Below are positions 49,757 through 59,169 of a DNA stretch of 64,000 bases, one piece after another. Source of the DNA: Marinoscillum sp. (GTDB lineage: Bacteria > Bacteroidota > Bacteroidia > Cytophagales > MED-G16). The number at the start of each line of letters is the position of its first letter. Position 1 is the stretch's first letter. The position numbers were made by a program, and so were the translations under genes. The stretch is taken from contig JAYPVV010000001.1 in NCBI GenBank assembly GCA_038134805.1, forward strand, positions 123,438-187,437, given 5' to 3'. The notes under the pieces were generated by a model. The model searched no databases, had not been told where the DNA came from, and saw only the letters and a program-made list of their open reading frames with translations.

Positions 49757-50752
49757 ATGTCAAAAATTTCTGGGGTTGGATTTTATGTTCCAAAAAATAT
49801 AGTTAAAAATAAAGATTTAGAAGATGTAATGAATACGTCTGATGAGTGGATTAGAGAGAGGACAGGGATTGAAGAAAGGAGATGGGTTGATGATGATAAA
49901 CTTTCAACCTCATTAATGGGAACTTATGCTGCAGAGGAAGCTATTAAAGATGCTAGAATTGATAAAAATGATATAGATTTTATTATTTTTTCAACACTTA
50001 GCCCTGACTATTACTTTCCTGGATCTGGTGTACTGCTACAAAGAAATTTAGATATTAAAGAAATTGGTGCATTAGATATAAGAAATCAATGCTCAGGATT
50101 TATTTATGGGATCTCTGTGGCTGACCAATTTATAAAATCAGGAATGTATAAAAATATTTTAGTAGTAGGGAGTGAGATTCATTCTGGAGGGTTAGATAAA
50201 TCTCCAAGAGGAAGAGCAGTTTCTGTAATTTTTGGAGATGGGGCAGGAGCTGTTGTTATTTCAGCTGATAACTCAGGATCTGGTATATTATCTACTCACT
50301 TGCACTCGCAAGGAAAATACGCAGAAGAACTTGCTCTTCTCAAACCTTCTACTACTTTTTGGATTGATAAAATAATTGATGATAAAAATGAAGATGGCAC
50401 TGGGTATTCTCCTGTAATGAACGGGAATTTTGTTTTTAAAAATGCTGTCGTCCGGTTTGAAGAAGTTATTTATGAAGCACTTAATTTTTCAAATTTAAAA
50501 CCAAGTGATATATCATTGCTTATCCCTCACCAGGCTAACTTAAGAATAAGCCAGTATATTCAAAAAAGATTGAGATTAACAGATGACCAAGTCTTTAATA
50601 ATATAATGAAGTATGGAAATACTACAGCAGCCTCAATCCCTATTGCTTTAAATGAAGCTATCAAGAACAATAAATTAAAAAAAGGAGATATTCTATGTCT
50701 AGCTGCATTTGGTAGTGGGTTCACATGGGGCTCTGCATTAATAAGATGGTAA
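49757..50752 (+). CDS. fabH: 3-oxoacyl-ACP synthase III paralog
   Basis: MSKISGVGFYVP N-terminus, active-site NQCSGFIYG, HQANLRI, GNTTAASIP. Confidence 0.85.
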   Translation: MSKISGVGFYVPKNIVKNKDLEDVMNTSDEWIRERTGIEERRWVDDDKLSTSLMGTYAAEEAIKDARIDKNDIDFIIFSTLSPDYYFPGSGVLLQRNLDIKEIGALDIRNQCSGFIYGISVADQFIKSGMYKNILVVGSEIHSGGLDKSPRGRAVSVIFGDGAGAVVISADNSGSGILSTHLHSQGKYAEELALLKPSTTFWIDKIIDDKNEDGTGYSPVMNGNFVFKNAVVRFEEVIYEALNFSNLKPSDISLLIPHQANLRISQYIQKRLRLTDDQVFNNIMKYGNTTAASIPIALNEAIKNNKLKKGDILCLAAFGSGFTWGSALIRW

Positions 50753-52233
50753 GCTGGAAATTATTATTTTTATGTTTATTTTTTTCTCAAGTATTACTAT
50801 CCCAAAAATTATATATACCTATTGATGATAAGGAAATAATTTCAATATATACCTCAGGAAATCAGCTCGATGATGGATCATATCTATCTACTGATAAAGA
50901 TGGTAATATTAGAATTAAAGGGAAATTTATGAAATTAATCCCTGTTGGAAATTGGTATATTTTTTTTGAAAATGGAAATTTAATGGCAAGTTATTCTTAT
51001 TCTGCTAATGGAAAATTATCTGGTTCTTTCATCGAATATTATTATAATGGTAACATTAAAGTTTCTGGAGAATTTAGTGAGAATATTAAAACTGGTCAGT
51101 GGAAAACTTTTTATCAAAATGGTTCTTTAGAAACTATTGGAAATTTAAATGAAGGAAAGAGGTATAAGCAATGGAATTACTATTTTTCCAGTGGGAATAT
51201 TAAAGAAATTTCAAATTATAATATTGAAGGTGAATTACATGGAGAGTTAATTTCCTTTGATGAGTTTGGAACATTAGTTTCAAAAGCTTCTTACATTCAA
51301 AATAAATTAGATGGAGAATATATAGAGTATTATTTTAATGGAAGTATAGCTTTAAAAGGCTATTATTCTCTAGGGTTAAAAGATAGTGTTTGGACAGAAT
51401 TTTCAAGATTTGGTAATATTTCATTTGAGAAAAGATTTAAAAATGACTTACCACACTCAATATGGAAATTTTACTATGAAGACACTAAATTTATTCAAAG
51501 AGAGGAAAATTACGAAAATGGTATAAAAAATGGTGACTATAAAGAATATTATTTTGGAAACAAACTATCAAAAAAAATTAACTATAAAAATAATTTAATT
51601 CATGGAGAATATTATGAGTATCTCCCATCGGGAACAATTAGTGTTAAGGGTTACTATGAAAATGGACTAAAAAATAAAATTTGGGAAACCTACAGAGAGG
51701 ATGGAAGTGTCTTCTCTATAGGAAAATATATAAATAATTTAAAAAGCGATGAATGGAAGTTTTTTAACAGATCAGGTAATCTATCATCAGAAGGAAAATA
51801 TAAAAATGACCTAGAAGATGGACAATGGATTTATTATTTTGATGATGGAGAATTAGATGAAATAGGTTATTATAATTTTGGGTTGAAAGAAGGCTTATGG
51901 GGAAGATTTCATAAAAATGGAAGATTAAAGCAAGAGGAAAAATATTCTTTAGGTAGATTATTTTCTGTTTCAAGCTTTTTTCTTTTAAGTGGTGAAGAAA
52001 TTTTGACAGATAATTTTAAAAATGGTACTGGTCTTTTAATTGATTATCATGATGATGGATCTATTTTTTCTAAGTCTAATTATAGGAATGGTCTTTTAAA
52101 TGGTCTTTATGAGGAATACTTCTCAAATGGAAGAAAAGCAAAATATGGAGAGTTTAGAGATAATTTTAAAACTGGAGAGTGGTATGAATTTAATAAAAGA
52201 GGTAAATTAATTAATAAAATTAATTATGATTAA
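50746..52233 (+). CDS. MORN-variant repeat protein (YwqK-family repeats), secreted
   Basis: Signal peptide MVSWKLLFLCLFFSQVLLSQ, followed by roughly 20 repeats of the G.W..YY.NG.l...G.y..g pattern. Confidence 0.75.
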   Translation: MVSWKLLFLCLFFSQVLLSQKLYIPIDDKEIISIYTSGNQLDDGSYLSTDKDGNIRIKGKFMKLIPVGNWYIFFENGNLMASYSYSANGKLSGSFIEYYYNGNIKVSGEFSENIKTGQWKTFYQNGSLETIGNLNEGKRYKQWNYYFSSGNIKEISNYNIEGELHGELISFDEFGTLVSKASYIQNKLDGEYIEYYFNGSIALKGYYSLGLKDSVWTEFSRFGNISFEKRFKNDLPHSIWKFYYEDTKFIQREENYENGIKNGDYKEYYFGNKLSKKINYKNNLIHGEYYEYLPSGTISVKGYYENGLKNKIWETYREDGSVFSIGKYINNLKSDEWKFFNRSGNLSSEGKYKNDLEDGQWIYYFDDGELDEIGYYNFGLKEGLWGRFHKNGRLKQEEKYSLGRLFSVSSFFLLSGEEILTDNFKNGTGLLIDYHDDGSIFSKSNYRNGLLNGLYEEYFSNGRKAKYGEFRDNFKTGEWYEFNKRGKLINKINYD

Positions 52234-52900
52234 AGATATTGTAATTGCTATTGATGGACATTCAGGGTGTGGTAAGAGCACAACTTCAAAAATAATAGCG
52301 AGTTATTTTAACTACAGCTATTTAGACTCTGGTGCTATGTATAGGTCTGTTAGTTTATATTTTGATAGAAAAAAGATAGATTTTTTTGAAAAAGATAAAA
52401 TTAATAATCATCTCAATCAAATCGATATTCAATTTAAATATATTGAAGGAATACAAAGTACTTTTTTGAATGATGAAAATGTTGAGAGAGAAATAAGATC
52501 TGATAAAATATCCAATCTTGTTAGTAAGTATAGCTCTATTCCTGAAATTAGAAGATACTTAGTAACACTTCAAAAGAAGTTAGGAGAAAAGAAAAAAATA
52601 GTTGTAGAAGGTAGAGATATAGCTACTGTTGTTTTTCCAGATGCTGAAGTAAAAATATTTATGACTGCAGAAATTGAAGTTAGAGCAAAGAGAAGATTTC
52701 AGGATATGAAACAAAATAATCCTGATATTACATTTAGTGACGTTCTAAATAATTTGATGGAAAGGGATTTAAAGGATTCTACTAGAAAAGATAGTCCTCT
52801 TAAAGTAGCAGATAATTCAATAATAGTTGATACTACAAATTTAGAAATTCAAGAACAAGCTTATAAAATAATTGATTTGATAGAGAAAAAATTTTCATAA
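52226..52900 (+). CDS. cmk: cytidylate kinase
   Basis: IAIDGHSGCGKSTTSK P-loop and GRDIATVVFPDAEVKIF. Confidence 0.9.
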   Translation: MIKDIVIAIDGHSGCGKSTTSKIIASYFNYSYLDSGAMYRSVSLYFDRKKIDFFEKDKINNHLNQIDIQFKYIEGIQSTFLNDENVEREIRSDKISNLVSKYSSIPEIRRYLVTLQKKLGEKKKIVVEGRDIATVVFPDAEVKIFMTAEIEVRAKRRFQDMKQNNPDITFSDVLNNLMERDLKDSTRKDSPLKVADNSIIVDTTNLEIQEQAYKIIDLIEKKFS

Positions 52901-52937
52901 TTTTTTAAAATAAAACTCTAATTTTAATTTTTAAGAC

Positions 52938-52945
52938 TATTTTTG
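52938..52945 (+). promoter_or_regulatory. candidate -7 box (TATTTTTG) upstream of nqrA
   Basis: Exact TAnnTTTG, 33 nt upstream of the nqrA ATG. Confidence 0.35.
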
Positions 52946-52978
52946 TCGCGATAAAAAAAAATATTTTTTTGTTAAAAA

Positions 52979-54334
52979 ATGTCCCTTAAAATTAATCTTC
53001 AAAAAGGCTTTAATATTAATCTAAAAGGAGAATCATCCAATCAGTTTGGAGAAGATTTTGAGAAAAGTTCTTATGCTGTCAAACCAACAGACTTTCTACA
53101 TTTATCTAGGCCTAAATTATTAGTTGATATTGGTGATGATATTAAAGCTGGAACTCCTTTATTTTATGATAAACTCTCTGATAATGTTATGTATTGTTCT
53201 CCTGTTAGTGGAGAAATCACTGATATCATTAGGGGTGATAAGAGAAGAATTGAGGAAATAAGAATACTTGCTGATAAAAAAAACAACTATTTAACTCACA
53301 AAAAATTTTCTAGAAATGATATAGAAAACTTATCTAGGGAAGATTTAATTAATCATTTATCTGTCTCTGGGCTATGGCCAAATATTATACAGAGACCATT
53401 TGGTTTTGTTGCAGATACAAATGCAATCCCTAAGTCAATACATATTTCATTTTTTGACTCAAGTCCTTTGTCTCCTGATTATAATTATATATTGTCAGAT
53501 GAAAAAGAAAATATAGAATTAGGACTATTTGTTTTAAGTAAATTAACAAACGGTAAAATTCATTTAAATCATAATTCAGAATCAATTAAAAATTTTTATT
53601 TTGAAGACTATCAAAATAATCAATTTTCAGGACCACATCCTGCAGGAAATGTTGGTGTGCAAATTCATCATATTGACCCAATAAATAAGAATGATATTAT
53701 ATGGACAACAACACCAATGGGTCTATCACAAATAGGAAAGTTATTTTCTAAGGGTATTTATGATGCTTCAAAAATTATTTGCTTGGTTGGATCTTCAGTA
53801 AAATTACCAATGTATTATAGAACTGTCTCTGGATTTTCTGTTGAAAATCTTATATCTAGAAGTACTAACGAGGAAAATATCAGAGTTATATCTGGAAATG
53901 TATTAACAGGTACCTCAATAGGTATTAATGGGTATCTAGGGTTTTATGATAATATGATTACTGTCATTCCAGAAGGAGATAACTATAAATTTCTTGGGTG
54001 GATAACTCCTGTTTTTAATAAGTTAAGTTTCCAAAGAGCTTTTGGATTACTTTCTTTTCTCAGGCCTAAAAAGAAATTTATTTTAGACACAAATACTAAT
54101 GGTGAATTGAGAGCATTTGTCCAATCAGGTATATTTGAAAAAGTATTACCTATGGATATATTACCAACTTTTCTTTTCAAATCAATTTTAGCTAAAGATT
54201 ATGATGAGATGGAAGAATTAGGAATCTATGAATTAATTGAGGAGGATGTTGCTCTTTGTGAGTTTATTGATGTTTCAAAAAATGAACTTCAAAAGTTACT
54301 TAGGCAAGGATTAAATATGTTAAAAGAAAGCTGA
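52979..54334 (+). CDS. nqrA: Na+-translocating NADH:quinone oxidoreductase subunit A
   Basis: 451 aa, heads the nqrBCDE string. NqrA-like N-terminus (KGFNINLKGE) and FSGPHPAGNVGVQIH. Confidence 0.9.
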   Translation: MSLKINLQKGFNINLKGESSNQFGEDFEKSSYAVKPTDFLHLSRPKLLVDIGDDIKAGTPLFYDKLSDNVMYCSPVSGEITDIIRGDKRRIEEIRILADKKNNYLTHKKFSRNDIENLSREDLINHLSVSGLWPNIIQRPFGFVADTNAIPKSIHISFFDSSPLSPDYNYILSDEKENIELGLFVLSKLTNGKIHLNHNSESIKNFYFEDYQNNQFSGPHPAGNVGVQIHHIDPINKNDIIWTTTPMGLSQIGKLFSKGIYDASKIICLVGSSVKLPMYYRTVSGFSVENLISRSTNEENIRVISGNVLTGTSIGINGYLGFYDNMITVIPEGDNYKFLGWITPVFNKLSFQRAFGLLSFLRPKKKFILDTNTNGELRAFVQSGIFEKVLPMDILPTFLFKSILAKDYDEMEELGIYELIEEDVALCEFIDVSKNELQKLLRQGLNMLKES

Positions 54335-55554
54335 TGAATTTTTTAAGGAAAATTTTAGACAAACAAAAACCATTATTTGCTAAAGGAGGTAAATACGAAA
54401 AATTTCATTATTTATTTGAAGCTGGTGAAACTTTTATGTTTGTTCCAAATGAAGTTACTCCTAGAAAGGGTTCCCAAATTAGAGATGCTATTGATTTAAA
54501 AAGATTGATGATGACTGTTGTTATCGCAATGATACCATGTCTTTTATTTGGAATATGGAATGTTGGTCATCAACATTTTATTGCTACTGGTGTGTCTGCT
54601 TCTTTTCTAGAAAAGATATTTCTTGGATCTCAAAAAGTTTTACCTATAGTTTTAGTTTCTTACGTTGCTGGTGGTTTAGTAGAGGTTGTTTTCTCACTTA
54701 TTAGAAGACATCCTATTAATGAAGGATTTTTAGTTACAGGCATGTTAATTCCATTAATTATGCCCCCAAATATTCCATTATGGCAGGTTGCTCTTGCTAC
54801 AATTTTTGCTATTGTAATAGCAAAAGAAGTTTTTGGAGGTACAGGAATGAATATATTAAATGTAGCTCTTACTGCTAGAGTTTTTCTTTATTTTGGATTT
54901 CCTAGCGACATAAGTGGAGATGTGTGGACATATTATGGTGAAAATTATGAAGAGAAAGAGATTATTAGTGGTTATTCTGGTGCAACTCCTTTAGCAATTG
55001 GAGCTAGTACTGTAACTAATTTAGAATCAAATTCGGTGGTTAATTTATTAGATGAGTACTCAGAGACAATTGATCACCAATCATTTTATTCTTTTGAAAA
55101 TATGTTATTAGGTTCTATCCCTGGTTCTATCGGTGAAACTTCCTTTTTAATGTGTCTAATAGGTGCAACAATTTTAATTTTTACCGGTGTTGCAAGTTGG
55201 AAAATTATTTTAAGTGTTTTTGCAGGAGCTTATTTCATGGGGTGGATTTTTAACTTAATTGGATTAAATGAATTTATGCTTTTACCTCCATACTATCATT
55301 TTGTAATGGGTGGTCTAGCTTTTGGTGCAGTATTTATGGCTACTGATCCGGTTTCTGCTGCTCAAACTGAAACAGGAAAGTGGATTTATGGATTTATGAT
55401 TGGATTATTGACCGTATTAATTCGTATTTTTAATCCAGCATATCCTGAGGGGATAATGCTTGCAATTTTATTTATGAATGTTTTTGCTCCATTAATTGAC
55501 TTTTATGTTGTGAGTGCAAATAAAAAAAGAAGATTAAATCGTGCAACAGTCTAA
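54334..55554 (+). CDS. nqrB: Na+-NQR subunit B
   Basis: Polytopic. FMN-attachment context YSGATPL; FMATDPVSA. Confidence 0.9.
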   Translation: MNFLRKILDKQKPLFAKGGKYEKFHYLFEAGETFMFVPNEVTPRKGSQIRDAIDLKRLMMTVVIAMIPCLLFGIWNVGHQHFIATGVSASFLEKIFLGSQKVLPIVLVSYVAGGLVEVVFSLIRRHPINEGFLVTGMLIPLIMPPNIPLWQVALATIFAIVIAKEVFGGTGMNILNVALTARVFLYFGFPSDISGDVWTYYGENYEEKEIISGYSGATPLAIGASTVTNLESNSVVNLLDEYSETIDHQSFYSFENMLLGSIPGSIGETSFLMCLIGATILIFTGVASWKIILSVFAGAYFMGWIFNLIGLNEFMLLPPYYHFVMGGLAFGAVFMATDPVSAAQTETGKWIYGFMIGLLTVLIRIFNPAYPEGIMLAILFMNVFAPLIDFYVVSANKKRRLNRATV

Positions 55555-56293
55555 TACATATATTATTTTTTTCACCTTAGTAATGACAATATTCTTTGGT
55601 GCTTTATTGTCATTTACTAGAATGCAATTAAAACCAATTCAAAAAATTCAAGTAGAAATAGACACTAAAAAGAAGATATTAGGAGCAGTTATGGATATTT
55701 CTTCATTAACTCCTGAGGAGATTTTAAACCTTTATTCTGAGAAAATGACCTCCAAAGTTTTAAATATAAATGGTGAGGAATTTGTTTTCAATGATGGCAC
55801 TAAACTCATTGCTGAAGAAATAAATATTCAAAAGAACTTTAAACTAAATAAAAATGACAGAAAATATCCTGTTTTTATGTTTAGTGATAATGGTTCTATA
55901 GTAGACTATTATATTTTCCCTATGTTTGGAAATGGATTATGGGATTGGATCTCTGGATTTGTGGCTCTTGATAATTCCTTAAATCAAATTGTAGGTGTTG
56001 CATTTGATCATAAGTCAGAAACTCCAGGCCTTGGAGCTCGAATAACTTCTGCTGAAATTCAAGATAGATATAAAGGAAAAAAAATATTTGATCTTGATGG
56101 ATCTCTTGTTTCAGTAACTATGTTAAAAAAAGAAACAAATAATGTTTTAGATAACCATAAAATTGATGGGATGTCAGGAGCAACAATTACTGCTAATGGA
56201 GTTAATGATATGCTTAAAAATTATTTTGAGTGTTATTTGCCATTTATTAATAAGAATAAAATTGAATCTTTAAATTTAATTTCATCAAAATGA
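55541..56293 (+). CDS. nqrC: Na+-NQR subunit C
   Basis: GTG start, single N-terminal TM, FMN-attachment motif DGMSGATITANG. Confidence 0.9.
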   Translation: MQQSNTYIIFFTLVMTIFFGALLSFTRMQLKPIQKIQVEIDTKKKILGAVMDISSLTPEEILNLYSEKMTSKVLNINGEEFVFNDGTKLIAEEINIQKNFKLNKNDRKYPVFMFSDNGSIVDYYIFPMFGNGLWDWISGFVALDNSLNQIVGVAFDHKSETPGLGARITSAEIQDRYKGKKIFDLDGSLVSVTMLKKETNNVLDNHKIDGMSGATITANGVNDMLKNYFECYLPFINKNKIESLNLISSK

Positions 56294-56958
56294 GCTCTGA
56301 AGTAAAAGAAAAAGTTTTAAACCAGAAAAAAGTTGAGCCACTTCTCTCGAAGAGAAGAAAGAAAATTTTGGTGGATCCATTAGATGATAATAATCCAGTA
56401 ACTATTCAAGTGCTAGGAATTTGCTCTGCATTGGCAGTCACAATCAAGTTAGAACCAACAATTGTAATGTCCTTAAGTGTTGTTTTTGTGATGATTTTTT
56501 CTAGTTTGATCACCTCTCTTGTTAGAGACTACATACCTACAAGAGTCAGAATTATTGTTCAATTAGCAATAATTGCTAGTTTAGTTACTATTGTTTCTGA
56601 ATTTTTACAAGCTTTCAATTATGAGATGTATAAAGTTCTTGGAGCTTTTGTTGGATTAATTATTACTAATTGCATAATTCTAGGTAGATTGGAAGCTTAT
56701 GCAATGGGAAATAAGCCTTATGATAGTATTTTAGATGCCTTAGGTAGTAGTGTAGGATATGCTTGGATTATTTTGACTGTTTCCTTTTTTAGAGAACTAC
56801 TAGGCTCAGGCTCAGTATTAGGTTTTAAAGTTTTTGAATTAATTGGATGGTCAAATTTTCCAACTAATGGTTTATTTGTAGATTCCATAGGAGCCTTTAT
56901 TATTTTAGGAATTTTGATCTGGATTCAAAGATCAAGAAATGGTTATATAGAAAATTAA
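56290..56958 (+). CDS. nqrD: Na+-NQR subunit D
   Basis: LGICSALAV and ITNCIILGR motifs (Rnf/Nqr D/E family). ATGA overlap with nqrC. Confidence 0.9.
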   Translation: MSSEVKEKVLNQKKVEPLLSKRRKKILVDPLDDNNPVTIQVLGICSALAVTIKLEPTIVMSLSVVFVMIFSSLITSLVRDYIPTRVRIIVQLAIIASLVTIVSEFLQAFNYEMYKVLGAFVGLIITNCIILGRLEAYAMGNKPYDSILDALGSSVGYAWIILTVSFFRELLGSGSVLGFKVFELIGWSNFPTNGLFVDSIGAFIILGILIWIQRSRNGYIEN

Positions 56959-56963
56959 TAAAA

Positions 56964-57578
56964 ATGACTGATTTAATTAATCTTATTATTAAAAGTGCTT
57001 TCATGGATAATATGATTTTTGCATATTTTCTTGGTATGTGTTCTTTTCTTGCAGTTTCAAAGAAAGTTAGTACTGCTAATGGTTTAGGTATTGCTGTTAT
57101 TTTTGTTTTGACTTGTACAGCACCATTAAATTGGTTAATTCAAAAAAATATTTTAGAAGAGGGAGCTCTTTCTTGGTTAGGTTCAGATTTTATGGCTATT
57201 GATCTTTCTTTTCTTCAACTACTTATGTTTATTGCAGTAATTGCTTCTTTTGTTCAGCTTGTAGAGATGATTATTGAAAAGTTTTCTCCTTCTTTATATG
57301 GTTCACTTGGGATTTTTCTTCCTCTTATTGCAGTAAATTGCTCCATTTTAGGTGGATCATTATTTATGGTTCAAAGAGATTTTAATATTCAGGAAGCTAC
57401 TGCTTTTGGATTTGGAAGTGGTTTTGGTTTTTATTTAGCAATTATTGCTCTTGCAGCTATAAGAGAAAAACTTAAATATTCACATGTTCCAGATGGGTTA
57501 AAAGGTCTTGGTATTACTATGCTTCTAACAGGTCTTATGGGATTAGCTTTTAAGACATTTATTGGAATGACATTATAA
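56964..57578 (+). CDS. nqrE: Na+-NQR subunit E
   Basis: FLGMCSFLAVS and AVNCSILGG motifs; 204 aa. Confidence 0.9.
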   Translation: MTDLINLIIKSAFMDNMIFAYFLGMCSFLAVSKKVSTANGLGIAVIFVLTCTAPLNWLIQKNILEEGALSWLGSDFMAIDLSFLQLLMFIAVIASFVQLVEMIIEKFSPSLYGSLGIFLPLIAVNCSILGGSLFMVQRDFNIQEATAFGFGSGFGFYLAIIALAAIREKLKYSHVPDGLKGLGITMLLTGLMGLAFKTFIGMTL

Positions 57579-57596
57579 ATTCTCTAAATTTAGATT

Positions 57597-58145
57597 GTGA
57601 GTAATTTTGTGAGTAATTTTTTAAGAGGACTTCTTCTTGTGGTTCCTATGGCTGCAGCAATATATGTTGTTTACTATCTATTTATTAGTCTTGACAATAT
57701 TATTCCTTTTGCAAAAGATATTCCTGGTTTAAGTTTTCTTATAGTTATTTTTTTTATTACTGCTGCCGGTTATTATGCAAAAAAATATAATACTGGGATT
57801 ATCAGTTGGTTTGAGCATTTGATTAAGGATATTCCTCTTTTAAACTTAGTATATTCCTCTATTAAGGATCTAATGACATCCTTTATGGGTGAGAAAAAAA
57901 AATTTGACAGACCTGTATTGGTAAAAGTTGAATCAAATCTTTTTAAACCTGGTTTTGTTACTAGTGATGATTTAAAGAATATTGGCTTATCAGGTAAAGT
58001 TTCTGTTTATTTACCTCATTCTTATAACTTTAGTGGAAATGTTTTTATTACTGAAAAAAAGAATATTATTCCTTTAAAAAATTCACCATCTGATGTTATG
58101 AAGTATATTGTTTCTGGAGGAATTTCAGGAGAAATTAGAGCATAG
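57597..58145 (+). CDS. DUF502-like membrane protein
   Basis: GTG start, two N-terminal TM helices and a soluble C-terminal part. The family call is tentative. Confidence 0.45.
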   Translation: MSNFVSNFLRGLLLVVPMAAAIYVVYYLFISLDNIIPFAKDIPGLSFLIVIFFITAAGYYAKKYNTGIISWFEHLIKDIPLLNLVYSSIKDLMTSFMGEKKKFDRPVLVKVESNLFKPGFVTSDDLKNIGLSGKVSVYLPHSYNFSGNVFITEKKNIIPLKNSPSDVMKYIVSGGISGEIRA

Positions 58146-58146
58146 A

Positions 58147-58467
58147 ATGAAGATCATATCTCCTAAAGAACTTTATAAACTTATAGAATCTAAAAGCAAT
58201 GATTTTCAATTAATTGATATTAGAGAAGATCATGAGATTAAAATATGTTCTATCGGAGGCCTCCATATTAAAATGTATTCAGTTACTGATAATATTGATA
58301 AGATTTCAAAAAATAAGAAAGTTATAATTTATTGCAGGTCTGGAAAAAGAAGCGCTACCATTGTTAAGTTTCTTGAAAATAATTTTCAATTTGATAATAT
58401 TTATAATCTTGATGGAGGAATAATGAAGTGGAGAGATGAAATTGATTTAAGTTTAACTCAATATTAA
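58147..58467 (+). CDS. single-domain rhodanese sulfurtransferase
   Basis: Active-site loop IIYCRSGKRS. The start is set at the ATG 1 nt after the preceding stop; the tracked ORF begins at 58108 inside the upstream gene. Confidence 0.8.
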   Translation: MKIISPKELYKLIESKSNDFQLIDIREDHEIKICSIGGLHIKMYSVTDNIDKISKNKKVIIYCRSGKRSATIVKFLENNFQFDNIYNLDGGIMKWRDEIDLSLTQY

Positions 58468-59169
58468 ATGAAGAATTATATTATAAAATACTCGTTTGAG
58501 TTTTTAGTTATTTTTCTAGGTATTCTTATATCTCTCTACTTTGAGAAATCAAGACAGGATAGTATTGAGGATGATAGAAAAAATAAGTCGATTGATCAAT
58601 TAATAAATGTAATTGATCAAGATATGATTCAAATTGATAACTTTATTAGACTTCAACAGATGTCATTAGAAAGTACAAAAATCATATATGACAATTTAAA
58701 TAATGAAAATAGTTTAAGTAATGATAAAATAATTTATAATATTTCCTCAATTGGACGTGCTCTAAAGTCATTTTTTCCACAAGAAGGTATATTTAATCAG
58801 TTAATAAGCTCTGACCTAATTAAAAGAATTAAATCAGAAACACTAAAAAATAAACTTTTTAAATTATTTAATGAAGACTTAAGAAGACATGAAGTTCACA
58901 CTAAAGAGTATGACCAGTTTTTTTTGAGTTTTAATTATAAATTATCTGAAAAATTTTTTTTAGAACATAACTGGAAAACTAATACCTCTGATGTAAATCA
59001 GATTCAAATAGTTAAATATAAATTCAATAAAGAGTACTATAGGAGTGACATGTTTTATGGAAATATTATTGAGTCAAAAAAAAATATTACTGCTTATTTA
59101 GCAGAACTTTTAGAATTAAAAAATAAATACTCAGAATTAAGATCCCTTTGTATTGATGAAATTAAGTAA
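58468..59169 (+). CDS. hypothetical N-terminally anchored protein (possibly DUF6090-like)
   Basis: One N-terminal TM (FEFLVIFLGILISLYF), then a helical region. Its start abuts the rhodanese stop. Confidence 0.45.
   Translation: MKNYIIKYSFEFLVIFLGILISLYFEKSRQDSIEDDRKNKSIDQLINVIDQDMIQIDNFIRLQQMSLESTKIIYDNLNNENSLSNDKIIYNISSIGRALKSFFPQEGIFNQLISSDLIKRIKSETLKNKLFKLFNEDLRRHEVHTKEYDQFFLSFNYKLSEKFFLEHNWKTNTSDVNQIQIVKYKFNKEYYRSDMFYGNIIESKKNITAYLAELLELKNKYSELRSLCIDEIK

Noticed and set aside
50746-52233. MORN/YwqK-family repeat protein as a toxin-antitoxin component
   Set aside because: It has a signal peptide and about 500 aa of repeats, with no adjacent toxin-like gene. The 'antitoxin YwqK' label attached to this repeat family does not indicate a TA module here.
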